From the NCBI GenBank assembly GCA_012522155.1, contig JAAYKX010000050.1, positions 1-41,713 on the forward strand: DNA of 41,713 nucleotides, read 5' to 3'. The notes under the pieces are model-generated. The model did no database searches. It saw nothing but the letters and a program-made list of their open reading frames with translations, and was not told where the DNA came from. Source of the stretch: Bacteroidales bacterium (GTDB taxonomy: Bacteria; Bacteroidota; Bacteroidia; Bacteroidales; VadinHA17). Shown here piece by piece: positions 17,920 to 28,902 of the stretch. The translations under genes and the position numbers were made by a program. The stretch's first letter is position 1, and the number at the start of each line of letters is the position of its first letter.

Positions 17920-19266
17920 TCACAGGTCCCTTATAAGGATGTTTGATTCCGAACCGGACGTCATTGCATCGAACGAATCAAGTATTTGAGTTACCTTTTC
18001 ATATTCCCTGCTTTTCATGAAGTATTTTTCCTGCGTGGCCCTTTTATCCAAACGTGACAAAACACTGCTGACAGTAAGCTTGTTGATGTCTATTGCCGGC
18101 TGATAAGATCTTTGCCTGTTTTCATGTTCATAAATCACTGAAACAAGACCGGTTACCTTCAGGTCTTCAAGAATATCCCTTGACAGGCGGACCGGGATTT
18201 TCAGCTCCCTGCTTATCTCTTCTGAGGTCAGGGCTTTTTCACCCAGGTAAAAGCTCCGGACAATAAGATACATTATCAGCAGAATTATTGTGCGCTTCTG
18301 GTAATGGCTTATATTAAGGGCTTCGGATTCAAATTCATATCTTGAAACATTCTGGTTTGCAAAAGACAGTTCTGCCCCGAGAAGAATCACTATCCAGCAG
18401 GTTTCAAGGAAAATCAGGAAGAGCGGTATTGCCGCCAGACCGCCGTAAATAGCACTTAGCTTGCTTATGTTGAACTGCAGGTCAAGATAAAGCCATTGAA
18501 GTATTTTAAGAAAAGTTCCGGCAATGATTCCGGAAATAAGTGCTGGTCCGAAGCGGACTTTCACATTCGGCATCACCATGAACAGCAGTGTCAGCATCAG
18601 CCATGTCAGAAGATAAGGTGTTGATTTGATAAGAAAACTGACAATCCATTTGAATGATGTCAGCACCGGCACCCTGTCCATAAATTCCGACAGGTTTGTA
18701 ATTATAAATATTGTTATGCTGCTCGATAAAATAATAAAGATCGGTACAATCAACAGAATAGTAAGATAATCCGTAAATTTCCTGTGCCAGGGCCGGCTTA
18801 CGGATGTCTGCCAGATATGATTAAAAGAGGTTTCGATCTGGCCGAGCAGGGAAACGACTGACCAGATCAGGATCAGGGCACCAATTCCGGCAAGATAGCC
18901 TCCCCTTGTACGCTGAACAGTATTTTTTGCATTTTCGAGAAGCGGATCCAGTATGTCGCCGTAAAGAGCAAATTCCTTTGTATTCCTGATGATTGATTCC
19001 AGGTTCTGATCAAGTCCAAATCCTTTTGCAATGGCAAGTCCGATGGCAACTATCGGAATAATAGATATCAGGGTGTAAAAAGTGAGTGCCGAGGCGCGGA
19101 GATTCACCCTGTCCTTAAGTGAATTCTGTGCGGCAAGGACAATAATTCTAAGCTGCCGGATAAAAAAGCTTTTTCTTCGTGATAATTCCGACAGTGGTGT
19201 ATGCCAGATAGCATCGTTCCACTGTTTTATTTTATTAAAAGGCCACGATAATTCAGGATTTGCCAT
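17920..19266 (-). CDS. YihY/BrkB family membrane protein with a C-terminal winged-helix-like region
   Basis: RASALTFYTL, IETSFNHIW, MPNVKV, IYGGLAAIPLFL, LLGAELSF. Confidence 0.9.
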   Translation of the reverse strand: MANPELSWPFNKIKQWNDAIWHTPLSELSRRKSFFIRQLRIIVLAAQNSLKDRVNLRASALTFYTLISIIPIVAIGLAIAKGFGLDQNLESIIRNTKEFALYGDILDPLLENAKNTVQRTRGGYLAGIGALILIWSVVSLLGQIETSFNHIWQTSVSRPWHRKFTDYLTILLIVPIFIILSSSITIFIITNLSEFMDRVPVLTSFKWIVSFLIKSTPYLLTWLMLTLLFMVMPNVKVRFGPALISGIIAGTFLKILQWLYLDLQFNISKLSAIYGGLAAIPLFLIFLETCWIVILLGAELSFANQNVSRYEFESEALNISHYQKRTIILLIMYLIVRSFYLGEKALTSEEISRELKIPVRLSRDILEDLKVTGLVSVIYEHENRQRSYQPAIDINKLTVSSVLSRLDKRATQEKYFMKSREYEKVTQILDSFDAMTSGSESNILIRDL

Positions 19267-19360
19267 CTGTCATGAAATGATTGCAGAACATCAGTACAAC
19301 TCAATTAACGGTGACAAATATACGAAATCTATGTAAATAGTTCAACAATAGAACTATAAC

Positions 19361-20302
19361 TTATATATTAATTGATGGCAATATTTTCCTTCTGCCGTGA
19401 ATTTCGCGGTAGGTACAGAAAAGGCATACTTTATAGAATCTGAAGAGCCACAGCGACGGATTTGCTGAATCAATTCTCAACTCCATCCGTTCACGGTATT
19501 TTATATAGATTCCTGCCAGGATAAGGGTAAGCCGGAACCATTTCAAAATGCTGTAGATCTGAAGTACCCTGACTGTTGAGGAAAAGGTCAGTTTATCCGT
19601 AACAATATCATAGAGCTTACTCAGATTCTCGATACCCAGTTTTGTCTTGTTCAGGAATTCCCGGTTCGATTCCAGTCCTTCATGAATCAGACCGTTGTCT
19701 ATATGTAATATAGTTATTCCGGCCTTGCGCAGCTGGTAACTCATAAGTGTATCTTCATGCCCGTACTGTTTCAGGTCTTCATTAAATCTCAGCTTTGAAA
19801 ATATTGTACGGTCAAACAGCACATTGAATGTAGAAAACTTATGATATGGATGCTTGTTTCTTTCAGAGGCTTTAATTCCGTCATTCTTTCTTCCATATTT
19901 CCATCTCAGGATCTTGTCCGGATCGCCGGGAGGAGATTTATGATAAATTACACCGCCGCATCCCACCCTGGAAGCAGTCATTAGCGGTATCCATTTACGT
20001 ATATAGGCTTCGGCTGTTCCGGGTATCATGGTATCGGCATCGATAAACAGAATATAATCGCCTTTTGCCGCCAGGGCAAGCCGGTTCCTGATGGCAGCCC
20101 TTCCTATGTTCACCGGTGAATCAAGTATTTCAACACCGCCGCCTTCCAGAGATTTGTATTTAGCCTTGTATTCCGGAGAGGAACCATCATCCCCGATAAT
20201 TATCTCAATCAGTTCAGGAATCTTTCCGATGCAGCTCTTCATACTATGAACAAGTGCGACAATATCATAATCGCAAACCGGAATGAGCAAAGAAATAGTC
20301 AT
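19361..20302 (-). CDS. Glycosyltransferase family 2
   Basis: ISLLIPV, DDGS, NIGRAAIRN, FIDAD, YGHED. Start placed at the ATG at 20302 (the track uses GTG 20311). Confidence 0.9.
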   Translation of the reverse strand: MTISLLIPVCDYDIVALVHSMKSCIGKIPELIEIIIGDDGSSPEYKAKYKSLEGGGVEILDSPVNIGRAAIRNRLALAAKGDYILFIDADTMIPGTAEAYIRKWIPLMTASRVGCGGVIYHKSPPGDPDKILRWKYGRKNDGIKASERNKHPYHKFSTFNVLFDRTIFSKLRFNEDLKQYGHEDTLMSYQLRKAGITILHIDNGLIHEGLESNREFLNKTKLGIENLSKLYDIVTDKLTFSSTVRVLQIYSILKWFRLTLILAGIYIKYRERMELRIDSANPSLWLFRFYKVCLFCTYREIHGRRKILPSINI

Positions 20303-20428
20303 TATATCCACCCTCGAATTAACCTGCTAAATTTACAATTAATTTCCGAAACAGACTGAGTTCCCGTTTGGCAAAGAGATTGTATTGATTTATTTTTGTG
20401 GACAATCAAATAATTTATTTGTTCTCAA

Positions 20429-21853
20429 ATGAAAAAAATTCTGCAGATCACCGCGCTGCTGTTCTTATCGGCTTACACATATTGCCTGGATAACAAGGGC
20501 TACGAAATAAAGGTAACAATCTCTGATATAAATGATTCAACAGTTTTCCTTGCATATCACTTTGGTGACAGGCAATATCTTACGGATACTTTAAAACTCG
20601 ACGCTGAAGGATACGGAGTCTTTGCCGGAAAAGAAAAGCTGCCCGAAGGTATTTATATGATAGTGCTTCCCGGCAATAAATATTTTGAATTTCTGATGAC
20701 TGAGAACCAGCATTTTTCCCTCTCCTGCACCAGTAATGATTTCTTCCGTACCCTGAAATTTTCCGGATCACCGCTCAATACAGCCTTCACGGACTACCAG
20801 AAACAATGGACGCAGATGCAGAAAAATGCTTCACTCATTAACAACAGGCTTCAGTTAAACAAATCCAATCCCGACTCACTGCGCATACTTTCACAGAAAC
20901 AACGGGAATATGAGTCAGGGATGAAGGCATACCTGAGAAGTGTCATTGACAAAAACAAGTCAAACTTCCTGGGTGTTCTCGTGAAATCGATGCTCCCGCT
21001 GGAAATTCCTGAATTCACCATTCCTGCCGGAACACATAACCCGGATTCTGTCAGATGGAATCTCAGATACAATTATAACAAAGATCATTTTTTCGACAAT
21101 ATTGACCTGTCGGACGAAAGACTGCTGAGGACCCCTATCCTTCAGACAAGGCTCGAGACTTTTTTTAGAAATGTCATTATCCAATCGCCCGATTCAATAA
21201 ACAAGGAAATAGACAGGATTTTTCCAAAGACCGGCGGTAATCCAAAACTGTTTCAGTTCCTCTCGGTCTATTTGTTCAATCATTTCCGGCAAAGTGAAAT
21301 AATGGGTCATGATGCTGTACTGGTAAAGCTTGCCGATGATATTTATCTTTCAGGAAAAGCAGACTGGATCACTGAGGAATTCAGAAATGATCTTCACCGA
21401 CAGGTGGAGTTGTTAAGACACAATCTTTTGGGTATGAAAGGACAAAATCTTGTGATGGATTCATACAGGGGAATATTTGTTGCCCTTCATGATATAGAAA
21501 AGGAATTTACTGTTTTATATTTCTGGGAGCCCAACTGCGGTCACTGTAATGAAGCAACACCAAAACTGAAGGAATGGTATGAGAAGGCTAAAAATGACGG
21601 TGTTGAGATTTTTTCGGTTTGTACTACAGGCAACAGACAGGAATGGACAAACTATATTGAAAAACACGGTCTTACCTGGATTAACGGATGGGATCCCGAC
21701 CGGCATACTCATTTTGACTATTATTATAATGTTCAGGCCACCCCAATGGTTTACATACTGGACAAGGATAAAAAGATAATAGCCAAAAAGTTGTCAATAG
21801 ACGATATACCTTCATTCATCGACAATTACAGGCAGTACTTCAGACAGCAGTAA
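20429..21853 (+). CDS. Exported thioredoxin-like protein (DUF4369/DUF5106 + TlpA domain)
   Basis: Signal peptide, LLRTP, C-terminal FWEPNCGHC (CxxC) and YNVQATP. Confidence 0.85.
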   Translation: MKKILQITALLFLSAYTYCLDNKGYEIKVTISDINDSTVFLAYHFGDRQYLTDTLKLDAEGYGVFAGKEKLPEGIYMIVLPGNKYFEFLMTENQHFSLSCTSNDFFRTLKFSGSPLNTAFTDYQKQWTQMQKNASLINNRLQLNKSNPDSLRILSQKQREYESGMKAYLRSVIDKNKSNFLGVLVKSMLPLEIPEFTIPAGTHNPDSVRWNLRYNYNKDHFFDNIDLSDERLLRTPILQTRLETFFRNVIIQSPDSINKEIDRIFPKTGGNPKLFQFLSVYLFNHFRQSEIMGHDAVLVKLADDIYLSGKADWITEEFRNDLHRQVELLRHNLLGMKGQNLVMDSYRGIFVALHDIEKEFTVLYFWEPNCGHCNEATPKLKEWYEKAKNDGVEIFSVCTTGNRQEWTNYIEKHGLTWINGWDPDRHTHFDYYYNVQATPMVYILDKDKKIIAKKLSIDDIPSFIDNYRQYFRQQ

Positions 21854-22859
21854 TATTATTTTGTCTGAGTATTTTTATCAGCTCATACAGGCTTCTGAAG
21901 TTCTGTACTTTTTTATCCTTTACAATGGACCATCCCCTGCCTCCTTCCCTTACTTCAACATAGGGCTGCGTTTTTTTTGAGGAGATAGCGAAACCATTCC
22001 TTTTCAAGGCCCTGATGGTCCAGTTTTTCTGCCTCCCCGCAGCACCTTCAAGATATACTTCACCCCTGTAAGGCGGACTGAATCCAAAACTTCCGTCTTC
22101 CGGATCAAACCCGGTACGTTCGGAATCAAAGAGGCATTCAAAACTGTCAGCCAGCCAAAGATCTTCAGGAGCGCCTTCCTTTATGTCCGTGTCAGTAACA
22201 AGCCATATTTTATCGGCATTACTGACTGCAATATTAAAATCATGAGTGGAGAACACAATTGTCTTGCCGGATACAGTAAGTTCCTTCATCAGTTTGAGAA
22301 CCCCGAACTATCCCGATATGTCAAGAAAAGCCAGGGGCTCATCCATTATCATAATATCAGTATCCTGGGCAAGTACTCTGGCTATCATAGCCCTTTGCCG
22401 TTCTCCGTCCGAAAGCCCGGAAATAAGTCTGTCTGAAAAATTTGCGAGTCCTGCCTTGTGTATCGAATTATCAATAATTTCTGAGGCGCTGCGGTCAATC
22501 CTGCCGGTCCAGTCTGTATGGGGAAAACGTCCGAGTGCAACCAGATCATACACTCGCATATGGCTCACTTTAATTGTCTCAGTTGATACATACCCGACAT
22601 TCCTGGCAAGTTTCATTCTGGAATAGTGCCTGCTGTCTTCATTTCGTATCATCACTGAACCGCCGATTTTTTTCTGCAGACCGGTAATTGTTCTGAGAAG
22701 CGTACTTTTCCCGATACCATTACGGCCAAGAACCGCAACCAGTTCCCCTTTTCCGGCAGAGGCATCCAGGGGCGGCAGTATAGGTATTTTCTTCCTGCCA
22801 TGAAAATAGCCGATAAGCAAAGAGTTTACGGATAATATTTCCCTGATATCTTTTTCCAT
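21840..22859 (-). pseudogene. Cobalamin/iron-chelate ABC importer ATPase (BtuD/FecE-like) interrupted by an in-frame TAG at 22308-22310
   Basis: GRNGIGKST, LSDGERQR, MDEP, then FLDISG*FGVLKLMKEL..FSTHD continuing in the same frame. May be a sequence error. Confidence 0.8.
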
Positions 22860-23938
22860 CAGAACAGTTCAGAGCCAGCGTTTTTCCTTAAAATAATCCA
22901 TATAACAACAGGAATACCGATAAGGGATGTAACGGAATTCACCGGCAGAATTTTTTCCGTCCCCGGCAGCTGGGAAAGAATATCACTGATAAGCATTACA
23001 GAGGCTCCGGTAAAAACAGTACCGGGTACAAGCAGGCGATGATCGGATGTTTTTAGTATATTCCGGACAATATGAGGGACAGCAATGCCGATAAATGCTA
23101 TCGGACCGCAGAATGCTGTAACACTTCCTGAAAGAATACTTGTGCATGCAAAAATAATTATCCGGGCAGAAGTTATATTCAGGCCTGAACTTGAGGCATA
23201 ATTTTCTCCTATCAATAATGCATTAAGCATTTTAACCGAAGCCATACTAAGGATAACCCCGGCTGCAACCGAAACAGACAATACATTAAGCTGTGATGCG
23301 GAAAGATTGCCCAGGCTGCCCATTGTCCAGACAACATAAGCCTTCAGCATACTTTCACTGCTGAAATACTGAAGAATACTTACAATGGCAGAAATGCCGC
23401 TTGCCAGCATCATTCCTATAATGAGCACTGTCATGATGCTGCGTACCCTGACTGAAATGAACAGCATCAGTATCATGACCGCACCTGCTCCGGTCCATGC
23501 AGCGGAAACAAGTATCCAGTTTCCGCCTGCTGCAATTGACAACGGTCCTGATCCTGAAGAAAAGCCCAGGATTACAAGTGCAACCCCCAGTCCCGCACCG
23601 GAACTGACACCCAGCACATAGGGGCCTGCCATGGGATTCCTGAAAACGGTCTGCATCTGTAGTCCGCTCAGCGACAGGGCGGCGCCTGCAAGAATTGCTG
23701 TAACAGCTTTTGGAAGCCTGAATTTTAAAACAAGGGTTTGTACTGTTTCATCGCCCATGCCCGTGAAGGATCGTAAAACATCAGAGGGCCTGATGGATAC
23801 CGAGCCAAGGAACAGGTCAAGAACAAAGAGGACAAATAGCAGTAAAAGAAGGCCCGGGAAAACCCATCTCCGCATCCGGACCACGGAGGGAGAAAAGGCA
23901 GTGTTTTCATGCCCGCTGATATTTTTTCCTTCAGTCAT
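22859..23938 (-). CDS. FecCD/BtuC-family ABC permease
   Basis: FRLPKA, SGLQMQTVFRNPMAGPYVLGVSSGA, AFCGPIAFIG. Confidence 0.93.
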   Translation of the reverse strand: MTEGKNISGHENTAFSPSVVRMRRWVFPGLLLLLFVLFVLDLFLGSVSIRPSDVLRSFTGMGDETVQTLVLKFRLPKAVTAILAGAALSLSGLQMQTVFRNPMAGPYVLGVSSGAGLGVALVILGFSSGSGPLSIAAGGNWILVSAAWTGAGAVMILMLFISVRVRSIMTVLIIGMMLASGISAIVSILQYFSSESMLKAYVVWTMGSLGNLSASQLNVLSVSVAAGVILSMASVKMLNALLIGENYASSSGLNITSARIIIFACTSILSGSVTAFCGPIAFIGIAVPHIVRNILKTSDHRLLVPGTVFTGASVMLISDILSQLPGTEKILPVNSVTSLIGIPVVIWIILRKNAGSELF

Positions 23939-25107
23939 TCAACCTTCCTGTAATAGACCGTTTCATAAGCCGGAAAAATCTCAGGATGAATTATTGAAGC
24001 AATATCCCTGAGGATTATATGAGGATTGATGGCACCGCTTTCCCAATAATCATTGCCGCCCGCCGGATTAAGCCTTTTATTGTTATTATACAGCCTGTTG
24101 TTAATGAATGGAGGCATTGATCCAAGCCGTTTGTCAATGGCAACGATTTCGGATTTGGAGGAAGCAGTTCCGGTATTGAGCCAAATGTCTGCCTTCATTG
24201 CGGCAGCATAAACGGATTCCAGGCTGTAGGGTATGGATACCGCAGATCCGGTCTCTCTCCACAAATAACTGCCTCCCGCATCATCAACAAGTTTGCTGAT
24301 ATATGAATTTCCGGGTGACACATACCATACATCCCGGAATGGCATTCCCATCATTACAACCGGTTTTGAGGCTGTCTCAGCTATAAGCTCCCTGAGGTTC
24401 AGATAGGAATCCCGGATTTCCCTGAACAGGGAATCGGCAAGTTCCTCACAACAGTACAGGGCACCGAATACCTTTATCCACTCTGCCTTGCCCAGGGGAT
24501 CTGTTTCAAGATAATCAGCATTATACATCACTCTCAGTCCCAGTTCCCCTATTTTGGCAGTATAACCTGCAGATTCACTTCCTATTCCATATATCATAAC
24601 AAGATCAGGAGAGGATTTAACAATAAGTTCGGTATTAAGGCCCGAATCATAACCTACATCACTGACAAGTCCGCGGCTTATCCTGTTGTTAACCTCACTA
24701 TCGTAAACAAAGCCGGCTCCTGAAACACCAACAATTGTATTCTGACGGCCAAGTGCACTGATCATTGCAATATGTGTGGTTGACATACAGATTATCCTGT
24801 TTACCGGGACCTTGATGATTTTTGAATGATCAACTTTAAGCTCTTTCTGGTATGATTCTTTTTTCAGATAATATTCATGAATAACATTTCCGGCACCCTG
24901 CCAGGGATCCTTAACAGATAGGATGGTACAGCTGTCGGTAACACGCAGTTCAAAGCGTTCGGCATAACTGCTCTCACCTCCTTGCTCTTTTTGTATTTTT
25001 TCTCTTTTCCGGTCTTTATTACAGGAAGGAAAAAATATCAGCAGGGAAAAAACAGCTAAAAACAGGTATAACAATTTATATTTCAAAATTCTTATTTTCC
25101 CAAACAA
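23935..25107 (-). CDS. Cobalamin ABC substrate-binding lipoprotein (BtuF-like)
   Basis: Lipobox-like FPSC, RIICMSTTH, YLETDPLGKAEWIK, GGNDYWESG. Lies directly below a B12 riboswitch. Confidence 0.88.
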   Translation of the reverse strand: MFGKIRILKYKLLYLFLAVFSLLIFFPSCNKDRKREKIQKEQGGESSYAERFELRVTDSCTILSVKDPWQGAGNVIHEYYLKKESYQKELKVDHSKIIKVPVNRIICMSTTHIAMISALGRQNTIVGVSGAGFVYDSEVNNRISRGLVSDVGYDSGLNTELIVKSSPDLVMIYGIGSESAGYTAKIGELGLRVMYNADYLETDPLGKAEWIKVFGALYCCEELADSLFREIRDSYLNLRELIAETASKPVVMMGMPFRDVWYVSPGNSYISKLVDDAGGSYLWRETGSAVSIPYSLESVYAAAMKADIWLNTGTASSKSEIVAIDKRLGSMPPFINNRLYNNNKRLNPAGGNDYWESGAINPHIILRDIASIIHPEIFPAYETVYYRKVE

Positions 25108-25229
25108 TGTTATCTAACGTTAAGTCCCGCCACTACCGGCCATTATTCATTGTTTACAGGAAATCAGAAGATGAGAATCAGAAGAAATAAACTCTGAGCT
25201 TTTCTTCCCGAAAGCGTTGAACAGTGGTT

Positions 25230-25416
25230 TCCGGCAGGTCTTCTGACTCGTCCCGGTCCGGTGAAGCCTTCCCATTCCGTCTGTCGGAACAGTGGCAGGG
25301 TATCACAGGACCATCATCGTAAAAACGACCGGGCATCACAGCAGCGGGTACTGTCGCGGTTTCTCACCGCATTCCCTTTTAATTGCAGAATAACTAAATC
25401 CTGCAAAACCAGAACA
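25230..25416 (-). promoter_or_regulatory. Cobalamin (AdoCbl) riboswitch
   Basis: Minus strand: GGTT...AAAAGGGAATGCGGTGAGAAACCGCGACAGTACCCGCTGCTGTG...GCCACTG...TGGGAAGG...GAGTCAGAAGACCTGCC (B12 box). TATCTTTG promoter element at 25420-25427. Confidence 0.93.
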
Positions 25417-25534
25417 TGGCAAAGATATACTTTTTACAATATATACAAAGGGAGCGGACTGTGCTCTTGAACAAAACAGTTTTCCGCTATCATACTGAAA
25501 AAGGAATGGCAATCAAACATTTGACAATGAGCCC

Positions 25535-26569
25535 CTAGAGTGTTCCGCAGGAATTTCTCAGTTCAAGACCGGGAGGCAGGCTCACCTGTCTTTTGTATTT
25601 GCTTTTGCCAGCATTTTTCACTTCTGACCAGATCATATTTGAAGCTTTTAATGCAAGGCCTGAAACGGGCTTTTTAAGACAGGTTACCGGGGTAAACATC
25701 AGATCGAATCCCGGGCCGTCTTCCATTGATATCAGAGCAATATCCTGGGGGACACGAAGCTTTTTGTATCTCAGCATGGACATAACCGGATACACAAGTC
25801 CGGCATGCATAATAAGAATTATGTCAGCCCTGAAAGGGGGGCGGAGAAATTGTTCAATCTGGCTGAAATAGTATTCATCATCGGTAAAAGTACTTTCGAA
25901 TTCAACTACAACGGGTTTGTTTATCTGCTGGTCTTTTTCTGTAAGTGCAGAGATCATCAGATCTATTACAGATACATCATATTTTGCCGATCTTTTATCA
26001 GTTGCAATAATAATATTCTTATAGCCGAGTTTGTTTACGTGATCAGCCACAAGCCGTACACCGGCAGCAATATCTGTATTTACCGTGCTGAGTCTTCCGG
26101 TTTTGCTGCTTTTTTCCAAAAGGATAAAAGGATAGGATGCTGTCCTCAGAGTTCTTATAGTTTGATCATCAGCAGTTTCCCCCATCAAAATCAGACCGCT
26201 GAAAAATTTTCTGAAAGATCCCATCATCCGGTCATAGCGCTGATCATCGGGATCTTTTGTTATTATCGAGAATCCCAGTCCTATACTATGAAATGATTTC
26301 TGCAGATATGGGGTGATACTCTGAACAAAGGAATTACCCAATGAAGGAACTACCATTCCGATTATACCGGGTTTTTCTTCATGGGGCGGTATTTTCCCTT
26401 TTTCTTCCTGTGCACTGAAATAGCCCATTTGTCTGGCCATTGCCCATACTTTCTCCTGTGTCTCCTTTCGGATCCCGTGCTGGTCGGCCTTATTGTTAAG
26501 AACCAGTGACACCAGCGTACCCGAGACACCCAATCTGGCAGCAAGATCTTTATTTTTAAATTTTTTCAT
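25535..26569 (-). CDS. LacI-family transcriptional regulator
   Basis: HTH KDLAARLGVSGTLVSLVLN, sugar-binding fold, RVPQDIALI, C-terminal LELRNSC. Confidence 0.88.
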   Translation of the reverse strand: MKKFKNKDLAARLGVSGTLVSLVLNNKADQHGIRKETQEKVWAMARQMGYFSAQEEKGKIPPHEEKPGIIGMVVPSLGNSFVQSITPYLQKSFHSIGLGFSIITKDPDDQRYDRMMGSFRKFFSGLILMGETADDQTIRTLRTASYPFILLEKSSKTGRLSTVNTDIAAGVRLVADHVNKLGYKNIIIATDKRSAKYDVSVIDLMISALTEKDQQINKPVVVEFESTFTDDEYYFSQIEQFLRPPFRADIILIMHAGLVYPVMSMLRYKKLRVPQDIALISMEDGPGFDLMFTPVTCLKKPVSGLALKASNMIWSEVKNAGKSKYKRQVSLPPGLELRNSCGTL

Positions 26570-26780
26570 TCTTCTCTTCTATTGTGACAAATAAATTTAG
26601 GCTGTTTTTGGAAAACAGTTATAAAAATAATGAATTTTTTCACTGTTTGATTTAAAACTTCCGTTTAAATGTTCCGGTGAAACCCTTCCGGGTCAATCAC
26701 AACCTTCAGGCAACATAGCAGTTCTGCCCTATCTGGCAGACATGAAAAGTCCCGGCTTATACAATATCCATAAAAAAACC

Positions 26781-28751
26781 TTATCGTTTAGGCGGTTTAT
26801 ATCCTTTCTGCTTTGAAGCCTGTTCAAGTCGTTGTTGCCATTTAGATTTAGGAAGAGGTTTCTTCCTGTTTTCCTCCAGGGTAGCCAATACTTTTTCTCC
26901 GTCAATAAATCTTTTTGACAAAATATTCTGCAGCAAGGTTATTGAATTGGCAAGAAAATAATAATAAGTCAGTCCGGATGAAAAATTATTGAAAATGAAC
27001 AGGAACATTACCGGCATCATGTACATCATTACCTTCATTCCCGGCTGGTCCTGGCCTGAAGTGGTCCCGGACATTCTGGTTGTTACAATGGATGACACTG
27101 TCATAAGCAGGGTCCACAGGCTCACATGGTCACCATACCAGGGAATTTTAAAAGGAAGGTTCAGAATAGAATCGTATGTGGAAAGATCAGTCGCCCACAG
27201 GAATGATTCCTGTCTCAGCTCTATGGAAACAGGGAAGAACCTGAACATTGCAAACAGTATGGGAAACTGTAAAAGCATTGGCAGACAGCCCCCCATTGGA
27301 TTAACGCCGGCTCTTTTATAGAGATCCATGGTAGCCTGCTGCTTTTTCATTGCATCTTCCTGTTTGGGATATTTTTTTGCCAGTTCATCCACCAGGGGCT
27401 TAAGGACTTTCATCTTGGCAGTTGACTGGTATGATTTGAATGTCAGCGGATAGAGAACTACTTTTATTAATATTGTAAGAATAAGAATGATAATGCCGTA
27501 GCTGCTGATATATCTTTCAAGCCAGTTGAAAACCGGAATAATAACAAACCTGTTGATCCATCCGACTATGTTCTTGCCTACAAATATTATCTTAACCAGG
27601 TCATAGCCTTCTTTTCGTAATGTCGAAATATGATTCGGACCATAATAAAATTTCAGGGCAATGTTTGTTTCCGGACTGTTTTCAATGGGGATTCCCAATT
27701 CGGAAGTATAGTAACGGATATATTTTTCAGATGTAAGGGTTTTTGCAGATGTTATGGAACCGCTGAGAAAATAATCATCCGTAATAAGCACAGATTAAAA
27801 AAACTGATCAACATAGGCCACCCAGCTCAGTCTGGTGGTAATGTCAACCTTTTCTATTTCCTTGTTTGATCTCAGCCTCAATCCGTCGACATCATCCTGA
27901 TAGTATTTGTACCTGATGGTGGAATACATATCCTCATTCTGTCTTCCTTTTTCCTGCTGAGGCACATACATTCTCCAGTCAAGTTCAATATTATTCTGGT
28001 TTTCAGGAAGAATACCATGCATGTTTTTAAATGTAACATCATAATCCACGCTGTTCTTTCCCGGTGCAAGTGTATACTTATATTCAATATAGCTTTCATC
28101 GTCTGCAGCCAGTCTGAGGACTACGCTAAGCGGTTCCCTGTCTACCCGGTAATGCCTGTTTTGGGAAAGCGGGGTAAAATAGAGGTTATTTGTCTGTACA
28201 GCCTTGTTGTCGGAAGTAAAAAAATTGAATCCGAATACAGTTGAATCACCTGAGAAGAGAATGAGAGGTCTGGAATCATGAGTTGTAAAATCTTTAACCC
28301 TTGCGGAATAGACCCTGCCCCCTTTAAGTGAGATCCTGAGATCTATTTTGTCGTTTTCAAGTGTAATATAATCATCCTCTCCAGCCGCCGATCCTGCAAA
28401 TACACCATATTGCCCGGGGTCTGCCGCGGGCACTGCGCCCGGAACTGTTTGTGGTACTGCTTCGGGTTCAGCAATTGCACTGTCTGCAGGGATTTCTGTA
28501 ATCCCGGGTATTGTGCCGAGTTTCAGGTTCAGTTCACTGATCTTTTCGAGCACATCCGGATGATTGGGTTTGAAACGAAGTGCATTGACATATTCTGTCC
28601 TGGCCCTTTCGAAATTTCCCTTATTATATTCAGCCTCCGCCGTAGTTAATGCTTTTTCAAATTCCTTATTGAGCCGGTTGTTATTATAAAGACTGAAACC
28701 TATAAAGATCAAGAAGATCAGTACCAGTCCTGTAATAGTATTTTTGTCCAT
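26781..28751 (-). CDS. yidC: Membrane protein insertase YidC, interrupted by an in-frame TAA at 27795-27797
   Basis: MDKNTITGLVLI start, YYGPN, AGVNPMGGCLPMLLQFP, LWATDLSTYD, SGLTYYYF. The two track ORFs (27795..28751 and 26781..27791) are in one frame: DQFF*SVLI. Confidence 0.93.
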
Positions 28752-28902
28752 TCTTACTTTTGTTATTTTCTTCCCTGGTAAAAGTCAAGCCTTCCCCCGG
28801 GTACAGACCTGCCCTAATTTGACAGCCTGTTCATTTTCCGGCACAAATATATCTCTAACTTTGGTCAAAGCAATAAAAAAATTGTTTCCTGTCAAGGGCT
28901 TT

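Noticed and set aside
25261-25470. 69-aa track ORF
   Set aside because: It is antisense to the cobalamin riboswitch.
22308-27797. Stop-codon reassignment (alternative genetic code, pyrrolysine) to explain the interrupted genes
   Set aside because: The two internal stops differ (TAG and TAA), and both codons end many intact genes in this window.
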